32,000 nt of DNA, from NCBI RefSeq assembly GCF_000012905.2, contig NC_007493.2:1170001-1202000 (forward strand), given 5' to 3'. Position numbers and translations under genes: made by a program. The notes under the pieces are model-generated. The model saw only the letters and a list, made by a program, of their open reading frames with translations, was not told where the DNA came from and did not search any database. Below, one piece after another: positions 20,994 through 28,809 of this stretch; the first letter of the stretch is position 1; every line of letters begins with the position of its first letter. The stretch is from Cereibacter sphaeroides 2.4.1. Its GTDB lineage: Bacteria; Pseudomonadota; Alphaproteobacteria; Rhodobacterales; Rhodobacteraceae.

Positions 20994-22226
20994 ATGGCTG
21001 CCCTGCGCCGTCACCTCCTTCCCCTGTTCGTCGTGGCGCTCCTGCCCGGCGTTGCTCTGGCCGACAGCTACACGATCAGCGAGAGCGACCTGCTTCGCCT
21101 GCGGGTGCTGGAATGGCAGCCCGTCGACGGCACCATGCGCGAGTGGGAGGCGATGACGGGGGAATATCGCGTCAATGCCGACGGCACGATCTCCGTCCCG
21201 TTTCTCGGCCCGGTCGAGGCCGCAGGCCACACGCCCGCCCAGCTCGGCACGCTGATCGCCGACGGGCTGATGGAGCGCCTGGCGCTGCCGGACATGCCCG
21301 ACGCGACCATCGAGATCGCCGAATACCGCCCCATCATCGTCGCGGGCCATGTGCGCGAGCCGGGCGAGGTCGTCTTCCGCCCGGGTCTGACCGCACGGCA
21401 GGCCATCGCCATGGCGGGCGGCCCCAGCGACGAGATCCGCAGCACGCCCGCCCTCGTGCGCGACCTGATCTCCGAGGAGGGGGCGCTGCGCATCCTGCTC
21501 GACAGCCGCGAGGGCATGATGGCCCGGCGCGCCCGGCTTCTGGCCGAGCGGGACAACCAGACCGAGCTCGGCCCGGTGCCCGAACTCGACACGGCGCGGG
21601 GCCGCGCGCTCCTGGCCGAAGAGAAGTCCTTCATGGATCTCCGCCGCGATCAGGTGGACCGGAACCTCGCGGCCATCGACGCCCAGAGCGAGCTTCTGAA
21701 GGCCGAGATCGAGGCGCTGCAGGCGAAGACCGGCCAGCTCGAGACCCAGCGCACGCTGGCCGAGAAAGAGACCGCCAACGCCAAGAACCTCTCGGAGCGG
21801 GGCCTCGTCGCCAGCGGTCGCCTGTTCGAGACCCAGCGCACCCTGTCGACGGTCGAGAGCCAGCTGCTCGACACCTCCACCGCCATCCTGCGCGCGCGTC
21901 AGGGCATCACCACCGCCGAGCGCGACCGGATCGCGCTGATCGACGGACGGTCGTCCGAGATCGCCGCGCAGCTGCAGGAGGTCGAGGCGCAGATCCTCGA
22001 GATGGACCGCAAGATCGACACGCAGCGCAGCCTGTCGGTGTCGCTCCTGAGCCAGGCGGGCGGGAAGGATGTGGCGGCCGATCCCTCGACCATTGCCGCC
22101 ATGAGCGATGTCGTGGTGATGCGCTTTGCGGGCAACGAGATGCGCCAGATCCCCGACGCGATGGACGTCCGGCTCGAACCGGGCGACATGGTGCAGATGA
22201 CCCTGCGGGCGCCGTCTACGAACTAG
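20994..22226 (+). CDS. exoF: Polysaccharide export protein (Wza/ExoF family) with a coiled-coil C-terminal half
   Basis: The start is the ATG at 20994 (MAALRRHLLPLFVVALLPGVALA signal peptide). A Poly_export-like segment (DLLRLRVLEW...YRVNADGTISVPFLGPVEAAG.TPAQL), an SLBB-like segment (IIVAGHVREPGEVVFRPGLTARQAIAMAGG) and then a long heptad-rich region follow. Confidence 0.8.
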   Translation: MAALRRHLLPLFVVALLPGVALADSYTISESDLLRLRVLEWQPVDGTMREWEAMTGEYRVNADGTISVPFLGPVEAAGHTPAQLGTLIADGLMERLALPDMPDATIEIAEYRPIIVAGHVREPGEVVFRPGLTARQAIAMAGGPSDEIRSTPALVRDLISEEGALRILLDSREGMMARRARLLAERDNQTELGPVPELDTARGRALLAEEKSFMDLRRDQVDRNLAAIDAQSELLKAEIEALQAKTGQLETQRTLAEKETANAKNLSERGLVASGRLFETQRTLSTVESQLLDTSTAILRARQGITTAERDRIALIDGRSSEIAAQLQEVEAQILEMDRKIDTQRSLSVSLLSQAGGKDVAADPSTIAAMSDVVVMRFAGNEMRQIPDAMDVRLEPGDMVQMTLRAPSTN

Positions 22227-22262
22227 GGGCGCCCCCGCTGCGGGACATGGAACGCTGACTTG

Positions 22263-22295
22263 AGGAGGGCGCCGGCCGCGGCCCCTCCTTTTTTA
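22263..22295 (+). terminator. Rho-independent terminator after the exoF-like gene
   Basis: aggaggg(c)gccg-gccg-cggcccctcct forms an 11-bp stem with one bulge and a GCCG loop, followed by a T-run that overlaps the end of the stem, 37 nt after the stop. Confidence 0.75.
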
Positions 22296-22401
22296 TGGGC
22301 GGTGGGCCGGGACCGCTCTCCACCCGGATCCCGACCGGAGGGGCGCAGTGCTCCGGCCGTGTGGCACCGGGCCAGCCGGCTCGAAGACGGGCGGGTCGAC
22401 C

Positions 22402-23691
22402 TCAGGCGGCTGCGGTGGGAGGACCGTCCGAGGGCAGGCGCACGTTGCGACGGACGGGGGCGCCGACGGGCAGGCGCGCCTCGCGCATCCGGCGCACGCC
22501 GTAGACCAGGGCTGCCACCAGCATGAGGGTCATGAGGTCGAACTGGGTGTAGCCCACCACCTCGGACATGCTGAGCACGGCGCTGCGCATCATCAGCGCG
22601 GTGAGGAAGATGGACTCGGCCCGGGGCTCGCGGAAGGCCCAGAGCACCGCGAGGCCGAGCGCGCCGAACAGCGCCGCCGCCTGCATCGCCACGCCGATGG
22701 CGCCGATCTCGACCGCGTTCGAGATGAAGGTGTTGTGGAAGTGGAAACCGCGCTTGCCTTCGATGCCGAACTCGCTCCACATCGCCTCGGCCCCGGGGTT
22801 CCCGGGCACCCAGTAGGCCTGGAAGCCCACGCCGGTGAAGGGATGCTGCACGATCTCGCGGAAGGCCAGCGCCCAGAGCTCGGTGCGGCCGGTGAGGGTC
22901 GCGTCCTTGCCCGTCGTCTCGAGGATCAGCGCCATCACCTCGTCCTGCAGCGCGACGAGCAGGATCGTCACCACGATCCCGAGCCCCAGCGTGAAGCCCG
23001 CCAGCAGCAGACGCTGGGTCACGGTGAGCCAGCGGCCGAGGAAGAAGGGCAGGGCGAAGGCCAGTGCCGCGCCGGTGGCCAGAAGCTGGCCCGCCGACTG
23101 GGCCTGGATCAGCAGGAAGGTTCCGAGCAGGAAGGCCCCCGTCGCCACCAGCCGCCAGCTGCGCGGCTGATTGCGGTCGAGCATGATGGCGAAGGCGCAG
23201 AGCATCAGCGTCGACATCGGCAGCGAGAAGGCGTTCTTCGAGCCGAAGATGCCGAGCCAGCCGTTCCCGTCCGACCGGACGCGCCCGAAGAGCACGCTCA
23301 GGACGGCCGCCAGCAGATGCGCGCTGAAGAGGATGCGCAGGAAGGTGAGCGGCGACAGCCGGTTGGCGATGGCCACCGCAATCGCGAAGGTCACGCAGAG
23401 CTGGATGCCGTAGCGCAGGCTCAGCGAGGCATATTGCGACCAGAGCACCGTGAAGAGGCACCAGCCCGCAAGCGCGAAGATCATCCAGTAGCGGCGGATC
23501 TCGAGAAGCGCGGTATGGGGCCGCCTTACGACGAGGAGGCAGCCCGAGGCGAGGAAGCCCGCCGCCGCGATCGAGCCCACCCACTGCACGAGCAGCAGGG
23601 ACAGGATCGTGAGGAACGCCAGAACCGCCGTCGGACAGACGTCGATGAAGACCCCGGCGGAGCGGGGGGGGCGCGGTCGGACGGCGGTCAT
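22402..23691 (-). CDS. O-antigen ligase / Wzy-type polysaccharide polymerase family membrane protein (ExoQ-like)
   Basis: 429-aa polytopic protein with the Wzy_C-type motif FHFHNTFISNAVEIGAIG near the large periplasmic loop. It starts 16 nt downstream of the stop of the upstream GH16 gene on the same strand. Confidence 0.75.
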   Translation of the reverse strand: MTAVRPRPPRSAGVFIDVCPTAVLAFLTILSLLLVQWVGSIAAAGFLASGCLLVVRRPHTALLEIRRYWMIFALAGWCLFTVLWSQYASLSLRYGIQLCVTFAIAVAIANRLSPLTFLRILFSAHLLAAVLSVLFGRVRSDGNGWLGIFGSKNAFSLPMSTLMLCAFAIMLDRNQPRSWRLVATGAFLLGTFLLIQAQSAGQLLATGAALAFALPFFLGRWLTVTQRLLLAGFTLGLGIVVTILLVALQDEVMALILETTGKDATLTGRTELWALAFREIVQHPFTGVGFQAYWVPGNPGAEAMWSEFGIEGKRGFHFHNTFISNAVEIGAIGVAMQAAALFGALGLAVLWAFREPRAESIFLTALMMRSAVLSMSEVVGYTQFDLMTLMLVAALVYGVRRMREARLPVGAPVRRNVRLPSDGPPTAAA

Positions 23692-23707
23692 CGGGTCAGG
23701 CGTCTCC

Positions 23708-24490
23708 TCAATTCTCCAGCTGACATAGCACGGATTCGGGGAACTGGCACGCCTCTCCCGGCGCGGTCCAGGCTACCCAATCGACCTCGAGCGCGACCGG
23801 TTTCTGCGGCGCGCGGAAGGCCCCCATCCATTCGGTCAGGACATCGGTGCTCCAGTGGCTGAAGAAGATCTTCTGCGCGGTCACGGGCAGGGTCTCGGTC
23901 GCCTCGTGGACGAGCTTGCCATCGACGAACCAGCGGATGCGCTCGGGCTCCCAGATGAAGGAGAACGTATGCCAGTCCTCGTCGGTCGGCGGGTCGAGCG
24001 CGACCTTGGCCCCGTTCTTCGGCTCGCCCGAGACATAGGTGTTCACATCGACCGAAGAGGTGTTGCGGGTCAGGATCTCGAAATCGATCTCGTCATGGGG
24101 CTCGCCATGGACGGGGCCGATGTAGCTGAAGAAGGCCGCATTCAGCCCCGAAGCCCGGTGATCGGTGCGCACGCGGGCTTCGAACGTGCCATGCAGGTAG
24201 CGCTCCTGCGTCTGGATCTCCGAACAGCGGTTCTTGCCCTGGCCCGAGGGGTCGGTGAAATACATTAGCTTCAGGATGCCGTCATCGGCGCGCACCGCCT
24301 TCTGCGACCAGTCGCAGTTCTGGTGCGGGCCGTTGGTCCAGCCGTCCGAGATGAACCAGCGCTTGCCGTTGATGCGGTCGAAATCCTCGCGGAAGGAGGC
24401 GGGCCCGTCCTGCGCCGCAGCGGGCAGGGCGAGGAGAAGGGGCAGGCTCGCCGCAAGGCAGCGGCGCAGAAGGGTCTGACGGGGACTCAT
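23708..24490 (-). CDS. exoK: Secreted glycoside hydrolase family 16 endo-beta-1,3-1,4-glycanase (ExoK-like)
   Basis: It has a signal peptide (LPLLLALPAAAQDG), the GH16 catalytic motif HDEIDFEIL (ExDxE), and the flanking segments RWFISDGWTNG, IRWFVDGKLVHE and KIFFSHW. Confidence 0.85.
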   Translation of the reverse strand: MSPRQTLLRRCLAASLPLLLALPAAAQDGPASFREDFDRINGKRWFISDGWTNGPHQNCDWSQKAVRADDGILKLMYFTDPSGQGKNRCSEIQTQERYLHGTFEARVRTDHRASGLNAAFFSYIGPVHGEPHDEIDFEILTRNTSSVDVNTYVSGEPKNGAKVALDPPTDEDWHTFSFIWEPERIRWFVDGKLVHEATETLPVTAQKIFFSHWSTDVLTEWMGAFRAPQKPVALEVDWVAWTAPGEACQFPESVLCQLEN

Positions 24491-24695
24491 CGGGGGCTCC
24501 GTTTCTGTTCGGTCCAGAGGTTAGGCGGCGCGGGCCTCCGTGGCGACCTCTCCGCGATCACATTGGCAACAGCTTGCCGCGGTGCCGCATAAGTTGGCAG
24601 ACTGGCCCGCACGGCCGCGCCTTGGCGCCGCGCCGGCTTACGCCCTTCGCACAGGGCGGTTACACAGGAACGATTCGGGCTGGGGCGGAGGACTT

Positions 24696-26126
24696 ATGCG
24701 GATTTCGGTGCTGATGGCGAACTACCGCGGTGCGGCCTACCTGCCCGAAGCGGTCGAATCGGTCCTGCGCCAGAGCCACACGGACCTCGAGCTCATCGTG
24801 GTGGACGATGCCTCGGGCGACGAGAGCGTGGCACTGCTCCAAGAGATCGCGGCCACGGACGACCGCGTCCGGGTGATCGCGATGGCGCAGAACGGCGGCC
24901 CGTCGGCGGCGCGCAACCGCGCCCTCGAAGCGGCCAGCGGCGACTGGCTCGCGGTGATGGATTCCGACGATGTGCTCCACCCCGACCGTCTGGCGCGGCT
25001 TCTCGCGGCGGCCGAGGCGCTCGAGGTCGATGCGGTGGCCGATGACATGCTGTTCTTCGGCGAGACGCCGGATGCGAGCGGCCGCACGCTGCTCGAGAGC
25101 CTGCATCTGGTCGAGCCGATGGCGGTGGATGCGGCGACCTTCGTCGCGGCGAACGGCGGGTCGGACGATCTTCCGCCCATGGGCTACCTGAAGCCTCTGG
25201 TGCGCCGCGAGGCCTGGGGCGCCCTGCGCTACGACGAGACGCTGCGGGTGGGCGAGGATTACGACCTCTATCTCCGGCTTCTCCTGTCGGGCGCGCGGCT
25301 CGCGCTGCTGCCCGAGGCGCTCTATCTCTACCGTCGCCACTCCGCCTCGATCTCGCACCGGCTGTCGGTGGGCACGCTGGAGCCGCTTCTCGCGGCACAC
25401 GACCGGTCGGCGGCGGGCGAGACCGATGCGGCGCTTCTCGCCATGATGCAGCGCAGGCGCGCGGGGCTGGTGCGGCTGCTTGCCTTCGAGCATCTGGTGG
25501 CCGCGATCAAGGCCCGGCGGCCGGTGGCGGCCCTCGCGGCCCTCCTGCGCCGGCCGGTTCTGACGCTCGAGCTGGTGCGGAGCCTGCGCGAGCGGCTGGG
25601 GCGGCGGGCGGCCGAGGCGGTCGAGCCGCATCCCTTGTCGATCGTGCTCTCGGCCGATCCGCGGCCCGTGGGCGAGGGGCAGCGGCTGGTGGCGGTGCCG
25701 CCGCTGCTGCCGCCCGAGCATCCCCATCCCTGGCCACCGGCACAGCAGGCGGCGCTTCTTTCCGATCTCGCGGCGCGCCACGAGCTCGACATCTGCGCCG
25801 AGGGCGAGGAGGGTCTGTTCTGGCTCTGGCTGGTGCCACGCTGGACCCGCGCCGAGGTGGTGCTGCCCGAGGGCAGCTGGGCAGAGCTGCCCCCCGGAGC
25901 CGAGCTCGCCGCCTGGACGCTCGAGGAGGAGGAAGAGGAGACCGCGAAGGACGAGCCCATCGGCGGCGAGTTCGACACGGCCTTCGATCCGGACCTCGAA
26001 GAGGACGTGGCCGCGGAGGAGCTCGGAGACCCGGCGGCGCCGGACGGAGAGCCATCGCGGCGGACCGTCTGGCGCGACCCGTCCGACGAGGACGAGGCCG
26101 AGGAGCGGGCCGGCCGGTCGCGCTGA
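24696..26126 (+). CDS. Family 2 glycosyltransferase with a roughly 230-aa non-GT C-terminal extension ending in a highly acidic tail
   Basis: The start is the ATG at 24696 (GGAGGA Shine-Dalgarno just upstream): MRISVLMANYRGAAYLPEAVESVLRQSHTDLELIVVDDASGDES...NGGPSAARNRALEAASGDWLAVMDSDD (DxD). The C-terminus contains EEEEEETAKDE...DEDEAEE. Confidence 0.82.
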   Translation: MRISVLMANYRGAAYLPEAVESVLRQSHTDLELIVVDDASGDESVALLQEIAATDDRVRVIAMAQNGGPSAARNRALEAASGDWLAVMDSDDVLHPDRLARLLAAAEALEVDAVADDMLFFGETPDASGRTLLESLHLVEPMAVDAATFVAANGGSDDLPPMGYLKPLVRREAWGALRYDETLRVGEDYDLYLRLLLSGARLALLPEALYLYRRHSASISHRLSVGTLEPLLAAHDRSAAGETDAALLAMMQRRRAGLVRLLAFEHLVAAIKARRPVAALAALLRRPVLTLELVRSLRERLGRRAAEAVEPHPLSIVLSADPRPVGEGQRLVAVPPLLPPEHPHPWPPAQQAALLSDLAARHELDICAEGEEGLFWLWLVPRWTRAEVVLPEGSWAELPPGAELAAWTLEEEEEETAKDEPIGGEFDTAFDPDLEEDVAAEELGDPAAPDGEPSRRTVWRDPSDEDEAEERAGRSR

Positions 26127-26141
26127 CCGGCCCGCGGCTCG

Positions 26142-27098
26142 TCAGACCGGCAGCAGGAACCGCTCGGCCCGGGGCGGGGCAGGTGGGCGCAGGGCGGCGA
26201 TCTTGTCCCGCGCGACCCCCTTCGCGATGGGAAGGAAGCGCGCGGGCGGGGCGAGCGCAAAGCCGAGGGCCGCGCCGAGGCCTGCCTCGGCCTTCCGGTC
26301 GAGGAACTGGCGCAGCAGGAGCTTGGCCTGCACCTGCCGCAGATGGCGGCGCATCGCCTCCTGCGTGGCGGGCGAAGCGGGCATCTCCAGATGCGCCCGG
26401 CAGCAGGCCTCCAGCGCCGCCAGATCCGCCGTCCGATGCCGCCCCGAGAGCGACGCGCCGCGCTGGACCGCGGCATAGCCTACGGCCCGCGTCAGGCCGA
26501 AGCGCGCGCCCAGCAGAAGCATCCGCATGTAGAGGTCGAAATCTTCGCCGAGCCACATGCGCTCGTCATAGCGGAGCCCGTGGCGGGTGAGGAAGGCGCG
26601 CGACATCACGGGCTTCAGAAAGCCCAGTTCGCCGCGGTGCACCCCCTGCGCCAGATTGCCGAGCGCGAACCGTTCGGCGTCGAGCATCTCCACCTCGCGC
26701 GGGGCCGCCGGCAGGTTGGTGGGATCGAGCCGGGCCGCATGCTCGGGCGTCACGAAGACGATGTTGTCGGCCGCGAGATCGAGATCCGGGTCGAGCCGCG
26801 CGAAGCGGCCGGGCAGGAAGAAGTCGTCGGCGTCGAGTATCGCGATGCGCGGCGCCTGCGAGAGCGCCACAGCGCGGTTGCGCGCCGCCGACGGCCCGCC
26901 GTTCTGCGCCTGCCGCTCGACGATCAGCCGGCCGCTGCCATCGGAGGCCGCAAGCGCGGCCTCGGCGGTGGCATCGGAAGAGGCATCGTCGACCACGACC
27001 ACCTCGGCCACCTCGGCTTCGGCGAGGGCAGAGGTCACGGCCTGCGCGATGGTGGCTTCGGCATTGTAGGCGGCGATGATGACGCAGATGTCGCTCAT
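26142..27098 (-). CDS. Family 2 glycosyltransferase
   Basis: 318 aa: MSDICVIIAAYNAEATIAQAVTSAL...VVVVDDASSDAT...NGGPSAARNRAVALSQAPRIAILDADD. The start ATG overlaps the stop of the upstream nucleotidyltransferase gene as ATGA. Confidence 0.85.
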   Translation of the reverse strand: MSDICVIIAAYNAEATIAQAVTSALAEAEVAEVVVVDDASSDATAEAALAASDGSGRLIVERQAQNGGPSAARNRAVALSQAPRIAILDADDFFLPGRFARLDPDLDLAADNIVFVTPEHAARLDPTNLPAAPREVEMLDAERFALGNLAQGVHRGELGFLKPVMSRAFLTRHGLRYDERMWLGEDFDLYMRMLLLGARFGLTRAVGYAAVQRGASLSGRHRTADLAALEACCRAHLEMPASPATQEAMRRHLRQVQAKLLLRQFLDRKAEAGLGAALGFALAPPARFLPIAKGVARDKIAALRPPAPPRAERFLLPV

Positions 27099-28231
27099 GC
27101 GGCTTTTCCTTCACGGCGGGCAATCAGGCCGGAGCGGATCAGCCCCTTCAGCCAGAGGCGGTGGGCTTCGGAGGATTTCGCCGCCAGAGTCTCGCGCGCG
27201 AAGCGCAGGGGATGGCGGCCCGAGAGCGCCCAGAGGATGCGGCTCCGGCGTGGCCAGTCGAGGTCCGGTTGCCAGGGCGCAACGAGCATCCGGCGCAGAT
27301 CCGGCGCGGGCAGGGCGCCGAGCGGGTTCGACCCCTGCGCGTAAGGTCGGGGAGAGAGGCCCTCGAACAGGGTGTCGACCCCGTGGCTGGCGAGCGCGAG
27401 CGTTTCGCTCAGCCCTTGCGCGGCCGCGATGCCGGGCAGGGCGCGGGCCTCGTCGGGGCTGAGCCGGTCGAGGCTCGCCCGCAGATCGCAGAGATGGCCG
27501 GCGCAGGGCTCCTGCGCGACGAAGGCCTTCACCACGCCGATGGCCGCGACGAGGCAGCGGTCGGGCCCGGACACCATCGGCACCCTCTGCCCGGCGTAGG
27601 ACATGTCCGTGGCGCGGGTAAGGAAGTCCGCCGTATGCCGCGGGCGCGGTGCGCCGGGTTGCTGGAGCCGGTGGTGGAGGTCCACCACAGGTCCGCCCTC
27701 GGGGCGGCGGAAATGCTGCTCGCCCAGATGCCGCGTCCACCAGTCGGCGAGCTCTGCCTCCTGTGCGACGTAGCCCGCCGCGCGCAGGGCCGCCGCAGCG
27801 GTGGCCAGATCGGCCTCTGCCACCAGCAGATCGACGTCACCCGTGGGCTTCCAGCAGGGGCCGCCATAGAGCGCGATCTGCTGGAGCGGCCCCTTGAACT
27901 GGACGTGGGCGATCCCCGCCTCCTGCATCAGCCGCGCCACTTCGAGGCTCGTGCGCAGGCTGTGGCCGTTCCGCGCGGCGGTCTGAAGCCGCATCGTCTC
28001 GAGCTGCGGCGCCATCGCCGACCAGTCGGCGGGAAGGTCGGCGGGGCGGGGCGCAAGGAAAAGTCCCACCTTGTTCAGCCGCCCCATCTCGAAGAGCACC
28101 CGGGGCGTGACGCCCTCGGGAAGCTCCGCGGGGTCGCCGAAGCTGCGGGCGAGCGCCCGGCGCAGGGCCTCGGTCTCCGTCCGGCACGCGTGTTCACGCA
28201 CGAGGGCGAACTGTTCAGGCGCGAAGGTCAT
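27095..28231 (-). CDS. Uncharacterised nucleotidyltransferase-fold protein (NTP_transf_5 / PF14907-like), a candidate lasso-peptide tailoring enzyme
   Basis: About 378 aa from the ATG at 28231 (MTFAPEQFALV...); the track ORF begins at a GTG at 28273. The segment KGPLQQIALYGGPCWKPTGDVDLLV...VVDLHHRL resembles the pol-beta-type G[SG]...DxD core of this family. It is transcribed divergently from the lasso precursor gene. The family call comes from motif recall and is not verified. Confidence 0.65.
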   Translation of the reverse strand: MTFAPEQFALVREHACRTETEALRRALARSFGDPAELPEGVTPRVLFEMGRLNKVGLFLAPRPADLPADWSAMAPQLETMRLQTAARNGHSLRTSLEVARLMQEAGIAHVQFKGPLQQIALYGGPCWKPTGDVDLLVAEADLATAAAALRAAGYVAQEAELADWWTRHLGEQHFRRPEGGPVVDLHHRLQQPGAPRPRHTADFLTRATDMSYAGQRVPMVSGPDRCLVAAIGVVKAFVAQEPCAGHLCDLRASLDRLSPDEARALPGIAAAQGLSETLALASHGVDTLFEGLSPRPYAQGSNPLGALPAPDLRRMLVAPWQPDLDWPRRSRILWALSGRHPLRFARETLAAKSSEAHRLWLKGLIRSGLIARREGKAA

Positions 28232-28407
28232 CCCGTCCCTTTCGTCCGGATCCTGCCCCCCATCTCGAATCACTCGCAGGAGGGAGAGGCGCTCCTACCT
28301 CAAAATGAGGTCGGAGTCGCCATTCGAGTGAGGATCTTCGCGTTAAGGTTGTTGAATCTGATGATTTTTCGGGCAGCATCTTTTTCGCGGAAAGATTATT
28401 GCTCATT

Positions 28408-28436
28408 TTGACCTCAACTGCCGATTGCATTATTCA
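28408..28436 (+). promoter_or_regulatory. Candidate sigma70-type promoter for the lasso precursor operon
   Basis: TTGACC (28408-28413), 17 nt, then TATTCA (28431-28436), within the AT-rich divergent intergenic region about 140 nt upstream of the precursor start. This is a sequence match only. Confidence 0.25.
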
Positions 28437-28576
28437 CGTCATCTGATAAATATTTTCGTTAGACTGTCAGAGTGCGCTGCGCTCGGACTCTCCCCGCGTT
28501 GACTTCATGCTCGTCCGGACACAGGCTTTGGATCGGTCCTATAGGCCGTAGATACCTTATCCTGAGGAAATTTGAC

Positions 28577-28729
28577 GTGGCAAACAACATCCAAACCCTT
28601 GCGTACGAAGCTCCCGTGCTGCGCGTTCATGGCACGCTCGAAGCGATGACCCATGGTGCGACCGACGGCTGGGCCCTCGACGCCTCGTTCCCGGTGGACA
28701 CTCCCAAGGGCGACCTGACCTTCTCCTGA
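28577..28729 (+). CDS. Lasso peptide precursor (A): 26-aa leader plus 24-aa core
   Basis: The GTG start has a GAGGA Shine-Dalgarno 8 nt upstream. The peptide is (M)ANNIQTLAYEAPVLRVHGTLEAMTH|GATDGWALDASFPVDTPKGDLTFS. The leader matches YxxPxLx3Gx5Tx exactly (Y10, P13, L15, G19, T25). The core starts with Gly and has Asp at position 9. It lies immediately upstream of the B1, B2 and C genes. Confidence 0.85.
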   Translation: MANNIQTLAYEAPVLRVHGTLEAMTHGATDGWALDASFPVDTPKGDLTFS

Positions 28730-28751
28730 TTTCAGGACGAAGCTGACGACG

Positions 28752-28780
28752 GGTCGAGGCAGTCCATGACTGCCTCGACC
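28752..28780 (+). promoter_or_regulatory. Perfect 13-bp stem-loop between the precursor and B1 genes (candidate partial terminator or mRNA stabiliser)
   Basis: ggtcgaggcagtc-cat-gactgcctcgacc lies 23 nt after the precursor stop. There is no immediate T-run (tatgaaagacatttt follows). Confidence 0.5.
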
Positions 28781-28809
28781 TATGAAAGACATTTTACATC
28801 CAAGGAATA

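Noticed and set aside
28215-28430. A 71-aa - strand ORF (MQSAVEVKMSNNLSAKK...) in the divergent intergenic region, overlapping the NTase start.
   Set aside because: It has no Shine-Dalgarno and no recognisable motif. It lies out of frame with the NTase gene and sits in the AT-rich promoter region. It was also considered as a second precursor, but it lacks the leader motif and a Gly-start core.
28472-28576. The upstream 35-codon extension of the precursor ORF as listed in the track (MRCARTLPALTS...).
   Set aside because: The track start at 28472 is itself a GTG, and there is no in-frame ATG upstream of 28577. A GAGGA Shine-Dalgarno is correctly spaced only for the GTG at 28577. The resulting 26-aa leader is the typical length, and the recognition motif lies entirely within it.
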